The notes under the pieces are model-generated. The model was not told where the DNA came from. It saw nothing but the letters and a program-made list of their open reading frames with translations, and ran no database searches. Both the position numbers and the translations under genes were made by a program. This document shows, in pieces, positions 51,905 through 63,090 of a DNA stretch of 64,000 nucleotides; position 1 is the first letter of the stretch; each line of letters begins with the position of its first letter. The stretch lies in assembly GCF_006345805.1 (NCBI RefSeq), contig NC_043002.1, positions 95,356,001 through 95,420,000 of the forward strand, written 5' to 3'. Source of the stretch: Octopus sinensis. Lineage: Eukaryota.

Positions 51905-54234
51905 CTACTGGTAAGACAGCTGCAGGAGAAATACCTAGCCAAAGATAAGCCCTTGTACCTGGCTTTTGTTGACTTGGAGAAAGCCTTTGACAGGGTCCCC
52001 CGGTCCCTTATCTGGTGGTCAATGAGGAAACTAGGGATAGAAGAATGGTTGGTGAGAGCTGTTCAAGCCATGTACAGAGACGCTGCTAGTAAGGTGAGGG
52101 TTGGCAACGAGTACAGTGAAGAATTCCGGGTAGAGGTTGGGGTCCACCAAGGTTCAGTCCTCAGTCCCCTCCTATTTATCATAGTCCTCCAGGCAATAAC
52201 GGAGGAATTCAAGACAGGTTGCCCCTGGAGCTCCTCTATGCTGATGACCTTGCTCTAATTGCTGAGTCACTATCAGAACTGGAGGAGAAGTTTCAGGTGT
52301 GGAAACAAGGATTAGAATCGAAGGGCCTTAGAATCAACCTAGCCAAAACCAAAGTTCTAATAAGTAGGAAGGTAGATCAATCACAAACGCCTTCAGGTAG
52401 ATGGCCCTGCTCGATCTGTAAAAAAGGTGTAGGTAGAAACTCTATAAGATGCACCAAGTGTAAGCTATGGACACATAAGAGGTGCAGCATGTCAAAGGAA
52501 GGCTAACTAGGAAAATAGTTTTTTTCTGTGGCAAATGCTCAGGAGCAATAAACACTGGAAATATGCAGAGACCAACTTCTGCCACGTTCCAGGGAGACAA
52601 ACTAGAAGTAGTTGATAGCTTCCGCTACCTAGGAGACCAAGTCAGTAGCGGGGGTGGGGTGTGCTGAAAGTGTAACTGCTAGAGTAAGAATAGCCTGGGC
52701 AAAGTTTAGAGAGCTCTTACCCCTGCTGGTGACAAAAGCCTCTCGCTCAGAGTAAAAGGCAGACTGTATGATGCATGTGTACGTACAGCCATGCTACATG
52801 GTAGTGAAACATGGGCCGTGACTGCTGAGGATATGCGTAAGCTCGCAAGAAATGAAGCCAGTATGCTCCGATGGATGTGTAATGTCAGTGTTCATAATCG
52901 TCAGAGTGTAAGTTCCTTGAGAGAAAAGTTGAACCTAAGAAGCGTCAGTTGTGGCGTGCAAGAGAGACGGCTGCGCTGGTATGGTCATGTGACAAGAAAG
53001 GCTGAAGATAGTTGTGTGCAAAAGTGCTACACCCTAGCAGTGGAGGGAACCTGTGGAAGAGGTAGACCCAGGAAAACCTGGGACGAGGTGGTGAAGCACG
53101 ACCTTCGAACTTTAGGTCTCACTAAGGAAATGTCTAGAGACCGAGACCTATGGAAGTATGCTGTGCATGAGAAGACCCGGCAAGACTAGTCAGGCCATAA
53201 CCCGTGGCCCCGACCGGGGACGTAGTCAGTCCTGTGCATACCTTCCTTCTTGTGACACTTATGAAGACCTGTTGAGGCAAGTGAAAATCAAATCAAATCA
53301 AAACAAATCAAAATAGATGAACATCAGTGGAATTGTATTCTTCGTGGTACCAGTGCCGGTGGCACACAAGAAAACCTGTTGAGGCAGAGGCAAGTGTGTG
53401 ACACTTGTGGAGACCTGTTGAGGCAAGTGTGTGACACGCGTGACACTTGTGAAGACCTGTTGAGGCAAGTGAAATCAAACCAAATCAAAATAGATGAACA
53501 TCAATGGAATTTGTATCTTTGTGGTTCCAGTACCGGTGGCACACAAGAAAACCATCCGATCGTGGCCGTTCGCCAGCCACATCTGGCACCTGTGTCGGTG
53601 GCACATAAAGACACCATCCGAAGACCCGGCGACGTAGACAGTCCACCTATGCATACCTTCCCTCTTGTGACACTTGTGAAGACCTGTTGAGGCAAGTGAA
53701 AATCAAATCAAATCAAATCAAATCAAATCAAAACAAATCAAAATAGATGAACATAAATGGAATTTGTATCTTTGTGGTACCAGTGCCGGTGGCACACAAG
53801 AAAATCATCCGAACGTGGCCGTAGCCAGTACCGCATAGACTGGCCTCCGTGCTTTGGGGACGTAACAAACACCATCCGATCGTGGCCGTCCGCCAGCCTC
53901 ATCTGGCACCTGTGTCGGTGGCACATAAAAACACCATCCGAGCGTGGCCGTCTGCCAGCCTCGTCTGGCACCTGTGTCGGTGGCACATAAAAACACCATC
54001 ACCTCGAGCGTGGCCGTTCGCCAGCCTCGTCTGGCACCTGTGTCGGTGGCACATAAAATCACCCACTACACTCTCGGAGTGGTTGGCGTTAGGAAGGGCA
54101 TCCAGCTGTAGAAACACTGCCAGATCTGACTGGCCTGGTGCAGCCTTCGGGCTCCCCAGACCCCAGTTGAACCGTCCAACCCATGCTAGCATGGAAAACG
54201 GACGCTAAATGATGATGATGATGATGATGATGAT
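51905..54234 (+). mobile_element. 5'-truncated, young-looking RTE-clade LINE with an expanded 3' UTR
   Basis: Continuous RT to C-terminal homology (AFVDLEKAFDRVP, GVHQGSVLSPLLF, LYADDL, MLHGSETW, WYGHV) broken only by four 1-nt frameshifts; stop at 53187-89; tandem arrays; (GAT)8 tail at 54211-34. Confidence 0.92.
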
Positions 54235-54654
54235 TGGTATTTATTGTAAAAACAATATCAGGGAACAAGACTACATTAGTTATATGTGTTTAATCAGAAA
54301 TCATTCCCCCAATTACATAAAATGGTCAAATATGTAATGTGGATGGAATTCTGGTTTAATCACCTCATATTACCCCATATAATTCCTTTTTAATTTTTGG
54401 AATTTACAGAAAAATTTTGTGAATTTGTGTTCTACACACAGGAATTCATACAATTATGAAAAAAGATTTTTAAGCTCCCCTCCATTCCCACCCCACACTG
54501 ATAAATCCTAAAGTTTCCACTCTTTTTGGGATTTTTCTTTTTTTTACTTCAGAGTTTAAAATGCGAACAGTCCAAATTTTTTGTTTATATCTCAGCAGTG
54601 GAACCACTCTTGGTTGCATCATCATTCCATTAAATGAGCTCATAGGGAGAAAAA

Positions 54655-54872
54655 TATTGGTTTCAAATTTTGTCACAAGGCCAAAAATTTTGGAGGAGGG
54701 TGCTAGTCGATTACATCATCCCCAGCGTTCGATTAGTACTTGATTTATCAACCCCTGAAAGGATGAAAGGCAAAGTTAACATTGATGGAATTTGAACCCA
54801 GAACATGTTGACAGATGAAATACCACTAAGTATTTTGCCTGGTGTGCTAACAATTCTGCCATGTTGCCACCT
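54655..54872 (-). mobile_element. SINE family B
   Basis: Reverse complement contains GCCTTTCATCCTTTCAGGGGTTGATAAAT and the TGTGACAAAATTTGAAACCAATA tail. Confidence 0.7.
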
Positions 54873-55036
54873 TTTGGGGAAAAGAAATATATTGAAAAAC
54901 ATAAATACTTGTCAGAGTGACAAAGAAACAGGGACAGTATCTGGTAGCCATAGGATGTGCTAAAAAACAACAGCTAAATCACCCTTAAATCACACACACA
55001 AAATTTTTTTCATAATTGTATGAATTCCTGTATGTA

Positions 55037-55599
55037 TTGGGTTGTCCGGAAAGTTCGTGCTGATTTATAATAGCTTACCTTTTGACTTATTTTAGAACAT
55101 GTTTGAGTCCATGAAATAGGATTTGACTACACCTCCATTTAGAGCACAGTTTAAGCTATCTTTTCGTGGAAGAAGATTTATATTCCTATAACCTGTGTTA
55201 ATTCTATAACCCTTTAAAATGGAAGATAAGAAAGTTCATTTTCGGTACTTGATTTGGGAACCAGATAAAAATTGCTACAGCTCAGCTGGAATGTGTTACC
55301 CCACCCTCCATATTCACCAGATATTGCTCCTTCAGATTTCCACTTATTCAGGTCTCTGCAGAATAGTCTTAATGGTAAACATTTCAATTCCTTGGATGAC
55401 GTAAAAAGATACCTTGATGAATTCTTTGCTATGAAACCACCTCAATTCTGGGAAGAGGGTATTTCCAAGTTAAAGGAAAGATGGAGACGCATTGTACAAC
55501 AAAATGGTTCATATTTGGTTGATTAAAAATGTAATGGCAAGTATTTATTGACCTTTTTATTTCCTTTAAAAATCGGAACAAACTTTCCAGACAACCCAA
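55037..55599 (+). mobile_element. Internally deleted mariner (563 bp)
   Basis: TA TSDs (55035-36, 55600-01); TIR TTGGGTTGTCCGGAAAGTT / AACTTTCCAGACAACCCAA; transposase start MEDKKVHFR fused to the C-terminus HPPYSPDIAPSDFHLFRSLQN...W..IVQQNGSY. Confidence 0.92.
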
Positions 55600-57199
55600 T
55601 AGAACACAAATTTACAAAAGTTTTCTGAAAATTCCAAAAAATAAAAAAAGTTACAAGGGTTTATATGGGGTGCTTAAACTAGAACTCCACAGTAAAGTGA
55701 TTATATAAAGGAACTGACAATTTTGTTTGAGGATTAGAACTTACAATTGTTTTGTGCCACAACTAACAAACATACATGATGCACAAGTAGAAGAAGTAGT
55801 TTAGCCTTTTGATCAACCAGGACTATGATCAAATATGTTCCAGACTTGACCATCCTGTCTTCTTAGTGGTATCTAAGATTATGTTGTCCAATGTATCCTT
55901 CCGTATATGACGACAGTAAGGTCTTTACAAGTCCACAATTCGTCCTTGTATGGAATACTGTTGTCATATACGGGTAGGTGCACCATCTTGTCACTTGGAT
56001 CTCCTCAATCAGGTCCTCTCTCGCTTCAGCTCTGCAACTCGTCACATCAATGTGACATCACCAGTCTTAAGTCTTTTCTACTGTTATCAACCCAGGATGA
56101 ACTCTCTCTCTTAGTTCCAGATCACTTTGTGCCATCTCACCAGACTCCAAACTCACAGTGTCTTTATCCAAATGCTGTTGTACTTCCAATAATAAGGAAG
56201 TCTTTCTATAGTTGTAACCTTTTTCCTTGAACTGCCAGACTTTATAATCTTCTTCCTTCTCCTTCTTATTAGCTTCTAATGTTTTCTTCCTTCTCATGAC
56301 CATAACTCTTTCAAGTCTAAAGTAAATTCATTTCTTTCAACTTAATTTCTCCTTCTCATAGTCCTTTGCACTGAGTGACTTCTTACATTTTTTGGGGACT
56401 TTCTTATAACAAAAACAAAATGTGTGAGAGATTTGACTGTTACTTCTAGCACATACAGTAACCACGTAGAGGCTGTCTCATTTGTTAATATTTGTAGTAA
56501 TAGTATAGTAGCAGCAGCAATGTCAGTAATAACTTTCCATGTTATAAGATCAGACAAAATGAACTTAATGCTATTGCAAAGAAGATTTGGAAAATTCTTC
56601 AATACCATTAGAGAATAATTTTAATATTACATTTCCCTGGTCTTTGAATAACATTAGCTCATAGTAAAACAGAATCAGATTTCCAATTTAAAAATAAAAT
56701 TAATATTAATCTGTTTAAATTATCGTCATTGTTTATGCCTTCTCTCTATACTGGCTTGAGTTGGACAGATCAAAAGAGACTGGTAGAATAAGTGTCAGGC
56801 TTAGAAAAGAAGAAAATCAAGTACTGGAGTCGATTCATTCAACTAAAGACACTTCAAGGCGGTGCCCCAGTGTAGCCACAGTCTAATGACTGAAACATGT
56901 AAAAGATAAACCCATTGAAATTGTACTACACTCTTTGCTGACTTGCAAAATTGTGTCCAACAGCTGCTGTTGTTATGTGTAGTATAAGTTTGGTTACAAT
57001 CTCAATAGGCGCAGGAGTGATTGTGTGGTAAGAAGCTAACTTACCAACCACATAGTTCTGGGGTCAGTCCCACTGTGTGGCACCTTGGGAAAGTACCTTC
57101 TACTATAGCTTCGGGCTGACCAAAGCCTTGAGAGTGGATTTGGTAGATGGAAACTGAAAGAAGCCCGTTGTGTGTGTATATATATATATATATAGTTAC

Positions 57200-57400
57200 T
57201 CCAAACATGAACAAAGATAAAACACAACAACACGAGGATGTGGAACAAGTATAGTGTTATTGGACGCTCAGGAAAGGAAAGAAAGAAGGAGGATTTAACA
57301 TTTCAAGCAGAGCTCTTTGTCAGAAACATAGAAAAAGGAAGGTCCAAGGAAGGGAAGACGGAGAAAGAAAATCGCCAACGATACACATGCGGCCACATAT
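57200..57400 (-). mobile_element. Penelope-like terminal-repeat relic with a degenerate hammerhead-like motif
   Basis: Minus strand GTTT-CTGACAA-A-GAGC-TCT-GCTT-GAAAT-GTT-AAAT. Confidence 0.45.
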
Positions 57401-57439
<39 letters not shown>

Positions 57440-57589
57440 CACAAAATCACTCCTGTGCCTATTGAGATTGTAACCAAACTTATCCTACATATAACAACAG
57501 CAGCTGTTGGACACAATTTTGCAAGTCAGCAATGCTTAGATGCTGAAAGAGTGTAGTACAATTTCAATGGCTTTATCTTTTACATGTTT

Positions 57590-58690
57590 CAGTCATATCT
57601 ATGTGTATGGTAAACGACTTGATGTAGTTGATCAGTTTGTCTACCTGGGAAGCACTATTAATAGATATAGCAATTTGGATGATGAAATTCCGTATAGAAT
57701 TAGGAAAGCAAGTATTGCTTTCGGAAGGCTTGAAAAGCGCCTCTGAAGTCGGCGAGACATATGCAGAAAGACAAAGATAAAGGTGTACAAGGCATGTGTG
57801 CTCCCTTCTCTTCTCTATGCCTGCGAGACGTGGGTCACATATCGATACCACCTTAAACAACTGGAACGTTTCTATCAGATGTGTCTCAGACGAATCTATG
57901 GCATTAAGTGGAAGGACCGCATCAGTGATCTTGAAATATTGGAAGGCTCTCGGTATGAAAGAATAGAAGCTCTTGTGTTAAAGCAAAGGTTCAGATGGAG
58001 TGGTCATCTGGTCAGAATGAAGGATTCAAGGATGCCAAAACAACTCTTTTATGGAGAGTTAGCTAAAGGAGAACGACCTCCACATAAACCAAAACAGAGT
58101 TATAAGGACTTGCTGAAGGCTTCCTTAAGAGATGCTTGTATCTCTCCTGACACATGGGAAGGCATAGCTATTGATCGTAGCAGGTGGAGAAGGATTGTGC
58201 ATGAGGGGACAGCCACTTTTGAGAAATCTCGAGTTGCACAAGAGAAAGTAAGGAGGGATGTCAGGAAGGGCATCGCTGTTACACTTCCAGATGGGAAGGG
58301 TTTTCCTATGATGCTGACATGCAGTGCCTGTGCAAGACCCTGCCTCAGTAAAGCTGAACTAAAGAGTCATCTTCGTAGTCATAAAGCGAGACAGATGAGT
58401 GACAACCTGGCCACTGGTGGTGGTGGTGTAACACACCATACTAATCATATCTGTCGGGGATGTGGAAGAGAGTGTAATTTGGCAGGAGGACTTAAACAAC
58501 AGGCAAAGGTACATGAAGCCCAGTTACAACTACAGCCAGCTATTACCAGTAAAGGTTGTAGTTGCCAATTCTGTACAAGACATTGTAGATCTTTAGCTGG
58601 GCTAAAAAGTCACATTCAATCACAGCACCTGTAACAGTTAAGCTTCGTGCAATGGCCATACTCAATAACGAGGGTGCAGTCATCATCATG
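57590..58690 (+). mobile_element. 5'-truncated RTE/BovB-type LINE with three C-terminal C2H2 zinc-finger motifs
   Basis: FVYLGSTI, RIRKASIAFGRL, KVYKACVLPSLLYACETW, RFRWSGHLVRM...RMPKQLFYGEL, DRSRWR. One frame with a single TGA (57744-46) to TAA 58632-34; (CAT)n tail at ~58680. Confidence 0.9.
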
Positions 58691-58782
<92 letters not shown>

Positions 58783-60734
58783 AAACATATATGCATATAC
58801 ATATATATATATATACACATATATATATGTATGTATGTATTTGTGTGTCTGTGTTTGTCCTCTATATGTTGGTGTGTTAATATCCCCGTAACTTAGCAGT
58901 TCAATAAAAGAGACCGATTGAATAAGTACTAGGCTTATAACGAATAAGTCCTAGAGTCATTTTGTTCAATTAAAGGTGGTGCTCCAGCATGGCCACAGTC
59001 AAATGACTTGAAACAAATAAAAGAATAAAAGAATCAATTCCATCACGAGAACTGCCTCACCACCTTTTTTTGGGCCAAGGAAGACAAGTAGTTTTCCTCT
59101 ACCTCATGGCTACAATGAAATGAATTGTATGGCAGACAAGATTGAAAGGAATGAACACAGATACTTTCTGCTTCAGAGAGGCTCTCATCGACGTCTTCAA
59201 ATTCTAATAGTAAAGAAAGGTGGTAGATGTTGTCCTCTAATAAATCTGTTTCAAGGTGTATAAGAAAGGTGAGAGTAACCTACATTAATGTATAGTGCTC
59301 AGGCACACTACAACTCATCAAAGGCACATGTATAGTACATAGAATTATGTACAAATTATGTGCATGCATACTGAAGAACACAGCTGGAAGATGACGCCTA
59401 CCTCTGGTAGAGTAATTTTGGATCAGTGATGTTCCCTGGTTGGTTCAAGGTGGCTCTCTTTAGAATATCTCATTTTATTCTTTTTCCAGTGATTTTTAAA
59501 ATCCTTTTTTGTTATGACTGTTTTTCATAACCAATTCACCCTAAATGCTAGTTACAGAATGGATTCCACTGATATGTCACTCAGCTTAAAATCCTAAGCA
59601 ACATATTAAGTCTACCACCCAAATAAGCCACAGTGAGATTTGAACTCAGAACACAAAGCAATCAACAAAAAGTGACCCAGGCTAACAATCTTTAAAGTAT
59701 CCTTCTTTACTTCCTGCTTTATCAACCATAGAAAGTAAAGTTGACCTCAGCAGGATTTGAACACAGAACAAACACCATGACCCATTTTATCCATCACTCT
59801 AATGACTCAGTCAATTTACTACCTACTGAAATTTAAGTGAAAATAAATTAATAGACCACTTTTTAAACAATTGAATTTTTATTTTAAAAGAAAAATAATG
59901 ATACTTTGGGGAAAAAAATTTTCATAATTAACCAATCCAAGAAAATGTCCAGGCACCAGAATGGAATTACTGCTTTCTCTTTATTGTCCAAAGCTGATCA
60001 TTAAAAGTTAGATTTATACATAATATTATATAACAAATAAAGCTAATTGCTGAAGTATTATCTTTTAAAGACAATTATTGATCAATTAAAAGATTTCATT
60101 TGTCTGTTTCCTTCTAATTGATCAACTAAAAGTTAATGATATACAATCAATTGGCAATTCTCATAAATAATTATATTCTTTAATTTTATGTGGAATCATA
60201 TATTTCTTATTTGCAATTTCTGTTTTTATATCAATTTTGAAAGAAAAAGGGAAAAGAAATAAGAATAAATAAAATATAACTTATGAAAAATGGAAGATAA
60301 TAAGGGAAATCAGTTTCCTAATTAAATCTGTCTTCCAGAAATAATTATTTTCTGAATTATCTTTAAAATTATAAAGCAAGTTTGTATGTGTGCGCATGTG
60401 TGCGTTTATGTGAAAAGATTTATTTTGTCTAAGTTGTAAAAGCAACTTATGGACGCTTGAAGGAAATAATTGTAATTCTCACAGAAAATGTTTTGGGTTT
60501 TTTCACTGCATAATTATTAATTATTTATTAAAGTGAACATTATTCACAAGATAACGTTCTTTATTTGACAATTGTTCCGATCACTCAATAGAATAATCTA
60601 TTCAGAAAACTAGTTTTGACTTGTGTATATTTTCAAAGATATAAGGATTTAAGTCAGAGATAATCATTCCAGTAGATCCTAATAAACCAAAATTTACCCA
60701 TGAGGTTATCATTAAATAACATTTCACAAATAAA

Positions 60735-61205
60735 CAAGTAATAATTCTTCCTACTATAGGCACAAGACCTGAAATTTGAAGGAGGGGAACAGTCAGTTAC
60801 ACTACTCCCAGTGTTTCATTGGTAATTAATTATCGACCCCGAAAGGATGAAAGGCAAAGTCAACCTAAGCGTAATTTGAACTCACAACATAACAGCAGAC
60901 GAAATACTGCTAAGTATTTCGCCCAGCGTGCTAACATTTCTGCCAGCTCACCGCCTTAAATTAGCAAGTAATAATAACACAAAAAGATGATGGCAAGCCG
61001 GTAGAATTGTTAGCCTGCCAGGCAAAATGCTAGCAGCATTTTGTCTTCATGTTCTGAGTTCAAACACTGGTGAGGTCAACTTTGCCTTTCATTCTTGTGG
61101 GGGAGTTGATAAAATACATACCAGTTCAGCACTGGGTTTGATGTAATTGACCATCTGCCTCTGCTAAATTTGCTGGCCTTACATCAAAATTTGAAATCAA
61201 TAATA
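60735..61205. mobile_element. Head-to-head SINE family B pair (- 60735-60957, + 60985-61205)
   Basis: Both carry the GCCTTTCAT/AGTACCA(G/A) domain, in opposite orientations. Confidence 0.75.
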
Positions 61206-61444
61206 AAACAGAAAAACACATCTGTAATTCATGCCTTACATTTCAATTACTCAAAAAAATGCCACAAGATATTTGTAAAAATTCAAATTTTAGGGATAGG
61301 TACATGTGTGTGTGTGTCAAATAAATCTACCCCAGTACCTATTTCTTTTTTTAAGCCTGTACTTATCCTGTCAGTTTCTTATGCCAAACCACTAAGTTAC
61401 TGAGACATAAACAAACCAACACCAGTTATATATAGTATTTGCAA

Positions 61445-61617
61445 GTGGAGAGCGCTTTCGTCACTGGCTGAGTGGTTGGTGATAAGGAGGGCATCAAGCT
61501 GTAAAAGTCCTGCCAAAATAGTCACAGAAGTCTGGCGGAAGCTTCTGCCTAGCCAGCTTTTGTCATACCATCCCACCCATGCCAGCATGGAAGGTGGACG
61601 TTATACGATGATGATGA

Positions 61618-61649
<32 letters not shown>

Positions 61650-61890
61650 CACATCATCACCATCATCATTTAACATCCGTTTTCCATGCTAGCATGGGTT
61701 GAACTGTTCGACCAGGATCTGGGAAGCCAGGAAGCTGCACCAAGCTCCAGTCTGATCTGGCAGTGTTTCTACAGCTGGATGCCCTTCCTAATGCCAACTA
61801 CTCCGTGAGTGTAGTGGGTGCTTTTTACGTGCCACTGGCACAGGTGCTAGGGGAGGCTGGCATTGGCCACAATCGGTTGGTGCTTTTTAT
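61445..61890. mobile_element. Tail-to-tail RTE 3'-end copies (+ 61445-61620, - 61665-61890)
   Basis: AGGGCATC(A/C)AGCTGTA...CCCATGC(C/T)AGCATGGAA...(GAT)n on opposite strands around a (TA)n. Confidence 0.75.
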
Positions 61891-61908
61891 GTGCCACCGG
61901 CACAGAAG

Positions 61909-61951
<43 letters not shown>

Positions 61952-62562
61952 CAATACTGAATTTTTATTCCGACTAGGCAATTTGTTACCGAAATGCATT
62001 GCGAAAAAGCCCGCCATTTTCATAGATATGTAAGGATAAACATTCGTACATGCTACGACGAATTCTACGGTTGGCAATCGAGTTTGTAATGTTATATTTT
62101 TTCTTATATTTCTTGAGTTTGTTGATCTGACGAACATGAAATGCATATTCTGCATTAAATGCGAAATCACATGTGATATGTAACTGAATTCTTTTTTAAA
62201 ATGATGTGTTTTGAAGTTTTTGCATTCGGTAAAATTTTGTTTATTTTTAGTAGTTTTGACCGCATTGGTCCCTCTTAGCGTGTTGGTATCTTATGAATAG
62301 TAGTACCCTCAATATAATATAAATGAATATTTTCAAAGAGAAAGAATTTACGGATTTTTTCTTTTACGAGGTTTTTCACGCTGACTACTGATAATTTCTT
62401 TTAAAGATTTTATCCTCAATTGTTAATATATACATATATATATATATATATTGGCCTGCTCGCTTAGCCAGTGGGGTAGCATCATTCGAAGGCTAAAACA
62501 ATGCGAACGCATTGTGACCAGCGATGTGTAGCAACATCTGAAGGTCTGGTTGGTCACGTGAT

Positions 62563-62606
<44 letters not shown>

Positions 62607-62849
62607 GTGAGTGTGTATGTATGTGTGTATACATATATACACACGCACACACACATATATATATTAATAATTAAGGGTGCTACAAATAGCATCAGCACAC
62701 TAAAAATAGCAGTCAGAAAACTGCTACAACCACAAATTTTCACTGACATACATTAATTGAAATTGGGGGAATGAGCAGAAATTCTAATTATGAAAAGAAT
62801 CATAAATTGTGGCTTTTCAATTTACAATTTACACATTAAGAGCACTAGT

Positions 62850-63090
62850 GCTGGTGCTACATCAAAAACACTGGTGATGGTGCTAGGTAAAAAACATCCA
62901 GTACACTCTGTAAAGTGGTTGGCATTAGGAAGGGTGTCCAGCTTTAGAAACCATACCAAAATGGACTATGAAATCTGGTGTGGCCCTTGGCCTTGCCAGC
63001 TCCTGTAAAACCTGTAAAACCACCCAACCCATGCAGGCAGGAAAACAGTTGTTAAATTATGACGGTGGTGGTGGTGGTAATGATGATGAT
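62850..63090 (+). mobile_element. Diverged RTE 3'-tail copy
   Basis: GTGGTTGGCATTAGGAAGGGTGTCCAGCT...AACCCATGC...(GAT)n. Confidence 0.65.

Larger units (their letters stand above)
57005..59033 (+). mobile_element. SINE family A split at its central microsatellite by several insertions
   Basis: 5' half at 57005-57185 and 3' half at 58840-59033; between them lie a PLE-like relic, an inverted duplication and an RTE LINE. Confidence 0.7.

Noticed and set aside
53535-54060. CRISPR-like array
   Set aside because: The units are contiguous tandem repeats with only 6-11 nt variable loops, not unique ~30-nt spacers. There are no cas genes, the context is eukaryotic, and the array lies in an RTE 3' UTR.
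55272-55526. SETMAR-like host gene exon
   Set aside because: It lies inside a TA-flanked, TIR-bounded deleted mariner, and there is no SET domain.
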